Shown here: one piece after another, positions 35,401 to 44,730 of the stretch
Numbering within the stretch: the stretch's first letter is position 1
Layout of the letters: every line of letters begins with the position of its first letter
Assembly: GCA_964416825.1 (NCBI GenBank)
Contig: CAYQFT010000004.1
Span: forward strand, 1 to 50,247
Direction: 5' to 3'
From: an uncultured Porphyromonadaceae bacterium
GTDB lineage: Bacteria > Bacteroidota > Bacteroidia > Bacteroidales > UBA12481
DNA length: 50,247 nucleotides
Notes under the pieces: generated by a model
Database searches by the model: none
The model's input: only the letters and a program-made list of their open reading frames with translations
Told to the model about the DNA's origin: nothing
Made by a program: the position numbers and the translations under genes

Positions 35401-36795
35401 CTAAAGCTCTCTCTTCCTTCGGTTGAGGATTAGAAACACCGGAATTCCGAGCAGGATTAAGACCAACCCGATACCTGCTTCCCGAGGTTTGGTTGCTATC
35501 GTATTCACAAACAGCCCTATACAAAACAGGATGTAAATTGCAGGCACCACCGGGTATCCCCAGACTTTATAAGGCCTGTGTGCATCCGGCATTTTACGGC
35601 GCAGGATAAACACTCCGAGGGATGTAGCCCCATAGAAGATGAACACTGCAAAAATAAGCATGTCGGTCAGCTGATCGAAACTCCCGGAAAGCACCAGCAC
35701 GGAGGACCAGATTCCCTGAAACAGGAGGGAATTTCCGGGGACATTAGCCTTGTTAAGTTTGGCGATTCCCTTGAAGAGCATTCCTTCGCGGGCCATCGCA
35801 TAAGTGGGCCGGGCTCCCGTCAGGATGCTGGCATTGGTGCATCCCAGCGTGGTCACCAGGATAAGCAGTGAGATAAACAGTACGCCGCCTTTTCCCCAGA
35901 ATACCCGCACCGCCTCAACGGCCGCAATCTGGTTTCCTGCCGCATGGATCTGCTCGAGCTGCGGGATCGACAGTAGTTTAAGATAGGTCAGATTAACCAG
36001 CAGGTAAATGGCAATCACCGCAAAAACCCCGATGAGAATTCCCCTGGGAAGATTTTTATTGGCATCCTTAACCTCGCCCCCGATAAACCCTACGGAGGCC
36101 CATCCCTGATAAGCCCAGAAGGCCGCAAGCATTGCTGTAAAAAAGGCTGAAACGGTCACAGGTCCAGCAGTTATTGCACCCATGGCAGCCGGCACAGCAG
36201 GTCTCTCAACATGACTGGTGAGTCCGAAAATAACAATGACCGCGAGTCCGGTAAACACCATAAAGAGGATTGCTTTGCTGGTTCCAGCTCCGCTCCGGAG
36301 GCTTGTGATATTCACGAAGGTCAGGATCAGGATCAGGAGGATCGCTGTCAGCTTGATTCCGAAATCCTTGAACGGAAAAAACACGCCTCCTATCGTGAAA
36401 TCCTGCAGGGAGGGCAATACTTCCGGTATCGGAACAATGCTGTTCAGCGACTGGGTAAACACGTAGGCAAGGGAGGCAATGGTTGCGGTCTGGATCACCG
36501 TGAACAGCGACCATCCGTATAAAAAGGCGAAAAACCGGTTATAAATCTTTTTAAAGTAGGCGAAATCACCTCCCGTATCTGCCAGCATCCCGGCAACTTC
36601 GGCGTTGCTGAGGGCTCCGAACAGGGTGATGATCCCCCCTGCCACCCAGGCCAGCAGTATCCATTCCGATGAGTGCAGTTCAGCCGCCATCGGAGCGATC
36701 TTTTTGTATACTCCCGACCCAATGATGTTGGCAATGACAAAAACGACCACATACCCGACCCCGAAGGTCCTGACCAGCGCTCTCTGATTATTCAT
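35401..36795 (-). CDS. APC family amino acid permease
   Basis: IIGSGVY, AEVAGML..TGG, WAYQGW, RPYKVWGYP. Confidence 0.92.
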   Translation of the reverse strand: MNNQRALVRTFGVGYVVVFVIANIIGSGVYKKIAPMAAELHSSEWILLAWVAGGIITLFGALSNAEVAGMLADTGGDFAYFKKIYNRFFAFLYGWSLFTVIQTATIASLAYVFTQSLNSIVPIPEVLPSLQDFTIGGVFFPFKDFGIKLTAILLILILTFVNITSLRSGAGTSKAILFMVFTGLAVIVIFGLTSHVERPAVPAAMGAITAGPVTVSAFFTAMLAAFWAYQGWASVGFIGGEVKDANKNLPRGILIGVFAVIAIYLLVNLTYLKLLSIPQLEQIHAAGNQIAAVEAVRVFWGKGGVLFISLLILVTTLGCTNASILTGARPTYAMAREGMLFKGIAKLNKANVPGNSLLFQGIWSSVLVLSGSFDQLTDMLIFAVFIFYGATSLGVFILRRKMPDAHRPYKVWGYPVVPAIYILFCIGLFVNTIATKPREAGIGLVLILLGIPVFLILNRRKREL

Positions 36796-37073
36796 TCCGT
36801 TTTGTTTTCATGGTGACCCGGTTCCTTTTTCTTCTTTTTGAACCAGTTTCGGGGATTAATATAGGACTTGTATTTGGAAAAAAGTTCCTTCCCCACAAGA
36901 AATCCCCCGCCATAGAAGGTAACATTGCCGATAATGATCAGGATGGTGGTTATTACCAGCTTAGACTTAGTAGCAATGGGCAGGAAGGGAACAGACAGGA
37001 TCATCGGGGTGGTCGACAGCGACAGAATCAGGATGATTATTCCCGCTTTAAGCTTCCAGTTGAACTTTTTCAT
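36792..37073 (-). CDS. Small two-TM protein (transporter suffix domain-like)
   Basis: KLKAGIIILILS..PFLP..FYGGGFLVGKELFSKYK; overlaps the permease start by 4 bp; start reassigned to ATG 37073. Confidence 0.72.
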   Translation of the reverse strand: MKKFNWKLKAGIIILILSLSTTPMILSVPFLPIATKSKLVITTILIIIGNVTFYGGGFLVGKELFSKYKSYINPRNWFKKKKKEPGHHENKTE

Positions 37074-37105
37074 ACCCGAAACCGGCACCATCCGGCCGCT
37101 TTACA

Positions 37106-38632
37106 TCATGCGCTGATAAAAAGGCTTTTGCTTGAAAACTCCGGATCGCAGGTCAGGTTGACCTTTAGTTTCCGCAGCCCGGCCTCATCTCCGGGGGTGG
37201 GAATATGGGTAAGGTGAACCTCGCAGTCGCGGAGCATTTTCAGGTTTTCCAGGGCCATCTGCGCAGCTGGATTGGACAAGGCGCTTATTCCCAGCACAAT
37301 GAGGGTTTCGTCCACATCGAGGCTCACCATTTTCCCGTTCAGGATATCTTTCTTCAGATAGGCTACGGAGTCAATGATGTTTTGTGGGAGGAGGCGCATG
37401 CTGTCGGGGAGGCCGGCCAGATGCTTGGCTGCATTTAATATCAGGCTTGAAGCGGCATGCATAAGGGGTGAGTTTTTACCCGTGATCAGCGTACCGTCGT
37501 GCAATTGAATAGCCGCCCCGCAATACATTCCGGCATTTCCCTTCCCGCTGGTTACGGCATCTTTTGCAGCCGCCCTCGCGGGCAGGACCACCTTCCGGTC
37601 TTCCACCCTGACCCCTGTTTTTTCCATGATCCGGATGGCGCGGTCAAGGGTCTCCTGATCGGTCAGCCCCACTGCATACTCCACAGCGCAACGGCAATAC
37701 CGCCGGATAATCTCCTGCCGGGATGCTTCAACAATGACTTTGTCATCCACGATTCCCTTGCTGGCCCGGTTCACGCCCATATCGGTCGGCGACTGGTACA
37801 TCGATTCGCCTCCGGTAATTTTCTCGACGATCCGCTTAAGCAGGTGAAATGCCTCTATATCACGATTATAGTTGACAACCTCAAGATTGTAAGCCTTTAG
37901 GTGATGCGTATCAATCAGAACCTCGTCATTCAGGTCGACTGTTGCTGCCTCGTAGGCGATGTTGACCATGTGGTCGACGGGCAGGTCCCAGATGGGAAAG
38001 GTTTCAAATTTCGCGTAACCGGCCTTAACGCCCCGCTTGTACTCATGATACAGGTTGCACAGGCAGGTGCCGAGCTTCCCGCTGCCCGGGCCAGGTCCGG
38101 TAACAATGACGATGGGATGCGTGGTCCTGATGTATTCGTTGGCTCCGTAGCCCTCGTCGCTGACAATCCGGTCCACGTCGGTCGGGTATCCGAGGGTTGG
38201 ATAGTGCAGATAGACTTTTACCCCCCGCAGCTCCAGCTTGTTTTTAAAAGCCCGGGCAGTGGGCTGGCCCTGAAACCGGGTAATGACAACGGCCGTTATG
38301 TCCAAACCCCATTCACGGAAATCATCGATAGTTTTCAGGGCATCGGCATCGTAGGAGATCCCAAAATCGGCCCGTACTTTTTTCCGTTCAATGGCACCCG
38401 CATCGATGCACATGATGATATCGATCTTATCCTTCAGCAGCTGCAGCAACCGCATCTTCACGTTCGGATCGAAACCCGGCAGAACACGGGCTGCATGGTA
38501 ATCGAACAGGATCTTGCCGCCAAACTCCAGGTAGAGCTTGTCGTTAAACCTCCCTACCCGCTCCAGGATTGCGGCAGTCTGTTCCTTCAGATATCTCTCA
38601 TTATCAAATCCGATGCGGTTTGTAACATCCAT
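37106..38632 (-). CDS. DUF1846 (UPF0371) family protein
   Basis: KLYLEFGGK..DYHAARVLPGFDP, GPGPGSGKL, YAKFETFPIW, YQSPTDMGVN. Confidence 0.92.
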   Translation of the reverse strand: MDVTNRIGFDNERYLKEQTAAILERVGRFNDKLYLEFGGKILFDYHAARVLPGFDPNVKMRLLQLLKDKIDIIMCIDAGAIERKKVRADFGISYDADALKTIDDFREWGLDITAVVITRFQGQPTARAFKNKLELRGVKVYLHYPTLGYPTDVDRIVSDEGYGANEYIRTTHPIVIVTGPGPGSGKLGTCLCNLYHEYKRGVKAGYAKFETFPIWDLPVDHMVNIAYEAATVDLNDEVLIDTHHLKAYNLEVVNYNRDIEAFHLLKRIVEKITGGESMYQSPTDMGVNRASKGIVDDKVIVEASRQEIIRRYCRCAVEYAVGLTDQETLDRAIRIMEKTGVRVEDRKVVLPARAAAKDAVTSGKGNAGMYCGAAIQLHDGTLITGKNSPLMHAASSLILNAAKHLAGLPDSMRLLPQNIIDSVAYLKKDILNGKMVSLDVDETLIVLGISALSNPAAQMALENLKMLRDCEVHLTHIPTPGDEAGLRKLKVNLTCDPEFSSKSLFISA

Positions 38633-38722
38633 CTAATTGCTGATTTAGTATGGCAAAGCCAAACGAATATCAATATTACAGTAAAAAGCCTGATTGAAAA
38701 AACGGAATGGGACCTACTCCGA

Positions 38723-39211
38723 TTAAAAAGCCGGGCTGGCTTTCCATTCGCCGACCATAAATATGTATAACAGCCCGATGATCCCGACACTAACGGCTAA
38801 TGTGCTTCCGCGCAAAGCAGCATTTGAGTTTTGGGGATCCTTGGCTTTCCTGGCAACAATAATCTGAGGAACCACAAATCCCAGGACTGTTCCCGTTACC
38901 AGGCCCGCCCAGCCAACTGCGGTTCCCATATTCATGACCTCACCGCCAAGGTATCCGGCACCCACTCCACCCAGACATCCCAGTATGCCGCCAAGGGCTC
39001 CGGTACGGAAGTACTTCCGGGTGCTCCCCTGAACCGAATCTCCCGCGAAAGGCGCTGCAAAACAATTCTCACAGGGGCCGATTGTAGTCTCGTTGATGGT
39101 TTCCAACATACACCGGACCTGTTCCCGGTCGTAATCAAAAAACCGGCTCTCCTGGGCTTCTGCATCAAGGCACCACAGGCAGATCAGAAGGGTTATCCCG
39201 ATACTTTTCAT
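38723..39211 (-). CDS. Hypothetical Gly-rich membrane protein (paralog of 43483..43950)
   Basis: Signal peptide from ATG 39211; FDYDR, Gly-rich TM helices, GFVVPQIIV. Confidence 0.7.
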   Translation of the reverse strand: MKSIGITLLICLWCLDAEAQESRFFDYDREQVRCMLETINETTIGPCENCFAAPFAGDSVQGSTRKYFRTGALGGILGCLGGVGAGYLGGEVMNMGTAVGWAGLVTGTVLGFVVPQIIVARKAKDPQNSNAALRGSTLAVSVGIIGLLYIFMVGEWKASPAF

Positions 39212-39279
39212 GGTTGATCGTAATTCACTGAAAGGTAATGAACTGTATGAAAATAACCAAAAAAAATTCTGAGTCCACG

Positions 39280-40248
39280 CTATATCGCCCCCTCCCTGCA
39301 CCGGTCGCTGCACCGGTTGCACTGGATGCAATCGTAACTGGAAACTTTCTGAATTTCCTCTTTCTTACTGATGGTGATCGCCTGCGTGGGACACGATTTT
39401 ACACAAAGGCTGCAGGAGGTGCATCGGGTTTTGTCGATCCGGCGAGGCTTCCAGGCCACCATTGAAAAGAGCCCGAGGATAGCAGAATAGGGGCATAAAA
39501 GGCGGCAAAAGGGTCTTTCCACCCAATAGCCCGCCAGCAGGGTGACCAGGAGGTACCCCCAGCCGAAAAAACTGAAACTCAACAGGAGTTTCGGCTCCAT
39601 GGGAAACCCGATCAGCCAGGCGATCCCCTGTTCAAACCAGGCTTTCCCGGTAAAGAAAACCGGCTTGTAGGGATCCAGCTCGCAGCCCAGGTAAAGGGTT
39701 CCGCTGATCCCAAAGTACACGGTTGCGATCAGCACCAGGATGGGCGCAATTTTCAGGTACCGGTTGACCTTCACCGGCAGCTTGTACGATTTTTTCTTCT
39801 TGTAAAACAGATGCTGGATGGCACCAAGCGGACAGCCGGCCGTGCAGAAAACCCGGCCCCAGATCAGCGCAATCACCAGCGGAGCCAAAAACATCACAAG
39901 TCCCACCAGCCCGATCATATAGGGCAGGATGATGCCCATAACCATGTTGGTGGTGAGTCCCATCGGACAGATGCATCCGCCGCGGAGAAGCCCCAGATAG
40001 GCAAGTGTGATAATCGCCAGCCAATTCATCCACCGTGCCGGTTTCCGGGTAACCACAAACCACGAGCCGGCCAGCATCAGGAGAAGCAAAACCCCCAGAT
40101 CCGCATAAACCAGCCACTCAGGCAGCGGCAGGTACTCCTGCGGAATCCATTTATCCCTGAAAGTCGCAATCTCGCTCAGGGCAATCTGCTCGGGAGTATA
40201 ACAGACCGTATCAGCCTGCTGGGCAAGCTGTTGAAAAGGAAAAATCAT
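39280..40248 (-). CDS. Membrane polyferredoxin (NapH/MauN/NosR-C-like 4Fe-4S binding protein)
   Basis: Multiple TM helices; CICP, GRVFCTAGCPLG, RPFCRLLCP; two CxxCxxCxxxC motifs at the C-terminus. Confidence 0.88.
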   Translation of the reverse strand: MIFPFQQLAQQADTVCYTPEQIALSEIATFRDKWIPQEYLPLPEWLVYADLGVLLLLMLAGSWFVVTRKPARWMNWLAIITLAYLGLLRGGCICPMGLTTNMVMGIILPYMIGLVGLVMFLAPLVIALIWGRVFCTAGCPLGAIQHLFYKKKKSYKLPVKVNRYLKIAPILVLIATVYFGISGTLYLGCELDPYKPVFFTGKAWFEQGIAWLIGFPMEPKLLLSFSFFGWGYLLVTLLAGYWVERPFCRLLCPYSAILGLFSMVAWKPRRIDKTRCTSCSLCVKSCPTQAITISKKEEIQKVSSYDCIQCNRCSDRCREGAI

Positions 40249-40901
40249 CCGCCCTGCTCCTTTCGTCCCGAAAAATCAAAACTCTTGTCCGCGGGATCCT
40301 CCCTTTCGAGTTCCCAGATCCCCTTGAACTCATCTTCCGGTCCGATAAATACTTTGTCCACAGCCTTTTCCGGACAATTGACAGCCACATTGCAGCTGTT
40401 GCAGTTCAGGCATAAATCGGGGCGAATGATCAGGAACATCGATTTGGTGCCCTTCTTGGTGCATTGCGCAACGCAAATCCCGCAGCCATCGCACTTGTCA
40501 TCGTCAATTTCATAAACGAAATAGCCGTCGGGCCTGCCTGAGTAGTCGATCCGGATAACGGCATCCTTTGGACAAACCCGCTTCCCTTCTGACATGATCT
40601 TGTCGGAGGCGATGCGCTTATTCGATATATGCCCGTAGCAAACCACGCAGAACGAACATTTTTTCTGGTCATTGACCGCTTTCACGGCGGAGGGCTTTCT
40701 CACGCACAGGGTCTTGCACCCGTCGCACCCGATGCATTTATTCGGATCGATCTGCCAGGCATGGCGCGTGCGGGGACCTGCCTCATCCTCGTTGAGATGC
40801 GTTCCGACCACGCGGTAAACCACGCCTCCCAGCGCCAGTCCGCAAACCGCCCGGCCTGCCATGATGATAAACTTCCGCCTTCCGGCTTCCATCGGACTCA
40901 T
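40245..40901 (-). CDS. Multi-cluster 4Fe-4S ferredoxin with twin-arginine-like N-terminus
   Basis: GRRKFIIMAG followed by a hydrophobic stretch; CIGCDGCKTLC, CSFCVVC, CDGCGICVAQC, CLNCNSC..CP; start reassigned to ATG 40901. Confidence 0.85.
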   Translation of the reverse strand: MSPMEAGRRKFIIMAGRAVCGLALGGVVYRVVGTHLNEDEAGPRTRHAWQIDPNKCIGCDGCKTLCVRKPSAVKAVNDQKKCSFCVVCYGHISNKRIASDKIMSEGKRVCPKDAVIRIDYSGRPDGYFVYEIDDDKCDGCGICVAQCTKKGTKSMFLIIRPDLCLNCNSCNVAVNCPEKAVDKVFIGPEDEFKGIWELEREDPADKSFDFSGRKEQGG

Positions 40902-40902
40902 T

Positions 40903-41754
40903 CTATTTACCGGTAAAAGGTTTGGGATTCCAGGGTATGGGTTTGATAAAACCCTTGCTGGCAAAACTTTCGGGGATACTCTTTTCCGATATTTCGAGCA
41001 GTGCTTTTTGCAGCCTTGCCGCATCGCCCCTGCCCACCCGCTTCAGGTTGACCACCACGGAGCAGAGCGGGATATCTTCGGTTTTCCAGATCGTACGGAA
41101 AGTATCTTCCCCGGCAAAATCCACGGCGCAGCTGGCTATCAGGGCATAATCCGATATCACCGCAACATCGGCTTCATTGTCGAGAAGCGCGTTGATTCCT
41201 TCGGTGCAGCCCGATTTCCGCGTAATCCTTGAGGGCTGAATGCCCTTCTCCTTCAGCTGCCTCATGGCCAGGTGGTATTTTTCGTAGGAGTTCTCCTCGC
41301 CCATGGTCAGGACTTTGCCGTTGATATCCTCGGGACTCATCAGGGGAGACTCTTTCTTAACAATGAATATCCCTCCCACCAGACCGTTATCAAAAGGATC
41401 CAGCACGTCGGCAACACGTTCGGGCTTCATCCCCTTTGCCTGCATATTTCGTAAGGCAAACCAGGGCTTGCAGATGGCGCCGTCGAAGTTCCCGCTCCGG
41501 ATCGAATCTTCGAGATCCGATTCCTCGAGGCAGTAAACCAGCTCGAGGCCGATGTCATACTTGTCCCTCAGAATCTCAGCAACCTCCTCATATTCACGGG
41601 AGGCCAGGTACTGGATGCATGCGCAGGCAGTTGCACTGCAATAGGTATCGTTCACCGCCAGCCTCAGGGTAAGGGGTTTGGTCCTGCAACCCGCCAGAAT
41701 CAGGCAAAACAGTACGATGAACACAAGGGGAAGCCCCGTTTGTCTGAACCTCAT
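40903..41754 (-). CDS. PhnD-like (phosphonate-binding fold) periplasmic binding lipoprotein with a Cys cluster
   Basis: Lipobox LAGC; IFIVKKESPLMSPEDINGK, EADVAVISDY, IWKTEDIP; N-terminal YCSATACAC. Confidence 0.75.
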   Translation of the reverse strand: MRFRQTGLPLVFIVLFCLILAGCRTKPLTLRLAVNDTYCSATACACIQYLASREYEEVAEILRDKYDIGLELVYCLEESDLEDSIRSGNFDGAICKPWFALRNMQAKGMKPERVADVLDPFDNGLVGGIFIVKKESPLMSPEDINGKVLTMGEENSYEKYHLAMRQLKEKGIQPSRITRKSGCTEGINALLDNEADVAVISDYALIASCAVDFAGEDTFRTIWKTEDIPLCSVVVNLKRVGRGDAARLQKALLEISEKSIPESFASKGFIKPIPWNPKPFTGK

Positions 41755-41755
41755 G

Positions 41756-43345
41756 CTACGGATGCTTTGGTACCGGAATGCATTTAACGATGCCCGAGTT
41801 GGCCGAAGCGAGATACAGGTTATTCTTGCTGTCGGTGGTCATGGGGATGTATGCGCAGCCTTTCACCAGCTCCTGGATCCCTTCAATTTTTTTGGCCCCC
41901 GACTGGGTAAAGACCTTGATCCGGGTGGGGTCTTTTTCAACTGTGACAACCGCACCGTTATTCAGAAAGGTGACGTTGACCGGATTGCAGCATCCGTGGA
42001 AATCATTCAACCCCTGGCCGCGCTTGCCGAAGGCATACTTGATGGTGCCCGAATAATCAAACGCCTGCACCCGGAATGCGCCCAGGTTGGCAATGAGGAT
42101 CTCCGACTTGTCGTTAACCCCAAAGTCGAGGATGCCGCAGCAGGCCCGAAGGTCCTTGATCGACGACTCCATTTTGCCGGTTTCAAGATTATAGATTGCC
42201 ACCTTTCTCTGCTTGACGTCTGCCACCAGCAGCTTGCCGTTGACCACCTTCGCTCCGGTCGCAGTTTTGACATCCGGCAAGGTGAGGCTGCGAATCTGAG
42301 TCCCCTTGGAGTCATAAACCTGGCACTCCACACCCTTCTGCTCTTCAATCTGATAAACTTTTCCCCTGACTTTCGTCTCCTTCATCTCGGTAAGCGTACC
42401 CAGAACATAAATGGCACCGGTGGTCTGGGCAATGGCTATGGCCGACGGCTTGCCCTGCAGGGCAGCCTTGAATTCGCTGATCTTTTTCCCGGTTGCATCG
42501 AAGATCCAGACACTTCCGTCGCGCTTCAGCCCGCAAACCTGGTCATTGGGAAAAGAAGCCAGATAAGCCATGTTCGTCAGGGTGCCGCCGGCAAACGCCG
42601 GGTCGAGCTGGTACTCCATATCCGGAGCCTGGTTGGTAAAAGCCTCAACCTTCACATCGGTGTTCTTCAGCATCTCGATATTATCCCGAATATCCTGGAC
42701 AATTTTCGATTCTTCCAGGGAGGCATCGAGGACCGCCAGGTTTTTTTCAATTTCCTCGGCGCTGAGCCCGGAGGACATCCGCTCCACCAAAATGGCGGAA
42801 TAATAGGACGCCGGATTCTGCCTGATAAAATCCTGCTCCCATTGTTCGGACTCCTTCGTCAGGATATCACTCACGCTGTCGATGACGCGCATGTCCGCTT
42901 CATTCCTCGACTTCTCATAAATCTTATAGAGAGAATCCAGTTTGTGTTTTTGATAAAGCTTGCTTAGTCCCTCGCCGTATTTTTTATCATCCTCATTAAT
43001 CTTTCCTCCCCTGACCTCTGCAGCATAGAGCGTATCAATATGGCCGGTGAGGGTCATCTTTGCATTCTCTGCATAAAAATAGACGGGATACTCCCTGTCT
43101 TCAACCATGAGGTAATACTGGCCGGGTTCGGGCAGTTTACCTTTAAAAACGAATTGGCCATTGGTTATCGCTACGGTATCGGAATAGGGGTCGTCCGACT
43201 TGATTCCGGACAAAATGGCCTTCCCTTCGGTAATACCGGCCAGGGTTCCTTTCAGTTCGAAGGAGGCCTCTTTCGGCTTACACGAACCAAGAAATAGGGT
43301 AACACACAGAATAATAGATAATTGAATCAAAGAGTTTGGTTTCAT
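41756..43345 (-). CDS. Lipoprotein: DUF4369 N-terminus plus NHL-like beta-propeller with ACCG and GCCNP motifs
   Basis: Lipobox LGSC; FELKGTL..DTVAITNGQFVFKGKLPEP..FYAEN (DUF4369); C-terminal blades LLVAD, ILIANLGAFRV..FGKRG, VVTVEK..RIKVF. Confidence 0.75.
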   Translation of the reverse strand: MKPNSLIQLSIILCVTLFLGSCKPKEASFELKGTLAGITEGKAILSGIKSDDPYSDTVAITNGQFVFKGKLPEPGQYYLMVEDREYPVYFYAENAKMTLTGHIDTLYAAEVRGGKINEDDKKYGEGLSKLYQKHKLDSLYKIYEKSRNEADMRVIDSVSDILTKESEQWEQDFIRQNPASYYSAILVERMSSGLSAEEIEKNLAVLDASLEESKIVQDIRDNIEMLKNTDVKVEAFTNQAPDMEYQLDPAFAGGTLTNMAYLASFPNDQVCGLKRDGSVWIFDATGKKISEFKAALQGKPSAIAIAQTTGAIYVLGTLTEMKETKVRGKVYQIEEQKGVECQVYDSKGTQIRSLTLPDVKTATGAKVVNGKLLVADVKQRKVAIYNLETGKMESSIKDLRACCGILDFGVNDKSEILIANLGAFRVQAFDYSGTIKYAFGKRGQGLNDFHGCCNPVNVTFLNNGAVVTVEKDPTRIKVFTQSGAKKIEGIQELVKGCAYIPMTTDSKNNLYLASANSGIVKCIPVPKHP

Positions 43346-43482
43346 CGGGTATAATCTATCGGGTTTAATAATCCAGCTTAAAGATTATAAAAACCAGCCA
43401 GATGAATGACAGCCCAGCTGACTTATTTACGATTTTTCGTACATGCCGGCAATACGGTTCTGGTTAATTTACAGAGCCGCTT

Positions 43483-43950
43483 CTACTGACTTTCTCCGAT
43501 AATGATCAGGGCCGCTAACAGGACCAGATCAACGCCCAGGCCGGCAAGGCTTCCCAGGGCCGCCTTTCCGCAGGCCTTAGGATCGCCGGTTTGGCGATAA
43601 ACGATGATCTGCGGAACCAAAAATCCAAGACCTACTCCCACAAGGGTGGAGGCCCAGCCAAAGGATTCCTTGAATTTGAGAACCTCGGCTCCAAAGCCGC
43701 CGATGGCCAGACCGGCCAGCGGGCCTGCAAATCCTCCTATGGCACCGGCCCAGAATGATTGTTTGTAATTCATGGCGGGATCTGTTGTACTCATCAAACT
43801 GTAACCGGCATAAACCGGGCGAAAACCGGTCGGGTTGCCGGTTACCATCATCCTCCCCACCGCTCCGCGGTTGTAATCAAAAAGACTTTGCTGACTAAAG
43901 ACCGACAGGCTCAGGGCTGATACCACGATAAGAAGAAGAAATCGTTTCAT
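43483..43950 (-). CDS. Hypothetical Gly-rich membrane protein (paralog of 38723..39211)
   Basis: Signal peptide; FDYNR, GAIGG, GFLVPQIIV..DP. Confidence 0.75.
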   Translation of the reverse strand: MKRFLLLIVVSALSLSVFSQQSLFDYNRGAVGRMMVTGNPTGFRPVYAGYSLMSTTDPAMNYKQSFWAGAIGGFAGPLAGLAIGGFGAEVLKFKESFGWASTLVGVGLGFLVPQIIVYRQTGDPKACGKAALGSLAGLGVDLVLLAALIIIGESQ

Positions 43951-43989
43951 GGCAGCACGTATTTTGAGGAAAGTTAAGAAAATAAAATG

Positions 43990-44574
43990 CTATTTTCTTT
44001 CTTTCAGTGCCTGCTCAATATTCTTATCGGGGATAAGCCAGATCACTGATACAACGAAAAAGATGGCTCCGGAAAAATAGGGGCTTACAAAAGCTAATGG
44101 TATTGACAGGAAATAAAGTATGGTTGATATTATTCCTTTCTTATTCATGATCACAAACGCTTTCCTCAATGCTTCCAAATCATGGGAATTGCGCTCTACG
44201 GCCCGCATCAGGACATAAAATGCGAGACCGGTTATCAGCAAAAGCGTAGCATACGCAGCAACCGTGTTGGTGGCAAAATGATTTTCACCCATCCATCCGG
44301 TCACAAACGGAACCAGCGACATCCAGAAAAGCAGGTTAAGGTTGGCCCAGATCATCCCTGAAGAAACACTCGCCACCGAATGGAGCAAATGATGGTGGTT
44401 GCCCCAATATATCCCTATATACACAAAACTCGCCAGATAGCTGAGAAGTGTTGGAATCAGCTCCCTCAATTCTGACCAATCACTGGTGTGCGGGATTTTC
44501 AATTCCAACACCATGATTGTAATGATAATGGCCAGGACACCATCGCTGAATGCTTCCAATCTCGACTTATTCAT
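43990..44574 (-). CDS. TMEM175 family potassium channel (DUF1211)
   Basis: RLEAFSDGVLAIIITIMVLE, YWGNHH, NLNLLFWMSLVPF; start reassigned to ATG 44574. Confidence 0.92.
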   Translation of the reverse strand: MNKSRLEAFSDGVLAIIITIMVLELKIPHTSDWSELRELIPTLLSYLASFVYIGIYWGNHHHLLHSVASVSSGMIWANLNLLFWMSLVPFVTGWMGENHFATNTVAAYATLLLITGLAFYVLMRAVERNSHDLEALRKAFVIMNKKGIISTILYFLSIPLAFVSPYFSGAIFFVVSVIWLIPDKNIEQALKERK

Positions 44575-44730
44575 GGCGGGTTTTGTTTTTTTTAAGGGTA
44601 ATGAATTCAGATCCTGAAACAACGCAGATAAACCATTTGTTTCACAGGAGTAAATCGATATTTGCAAAATACGGGTAAAAAGCATCGAAAAAAGTCGTAA
44701 CATAGACCGATTGTTTTCAATACCTAACAC

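Noticed and set aside
41678-42967. 429-aa plus-strand ORF, and similar long antisense ORFs (18529..19488, 33173..34150, 37901..38770, 10806..11576)
   Set aside because: Shadow frames opposite well-supported genes, with no recognisable motifs.
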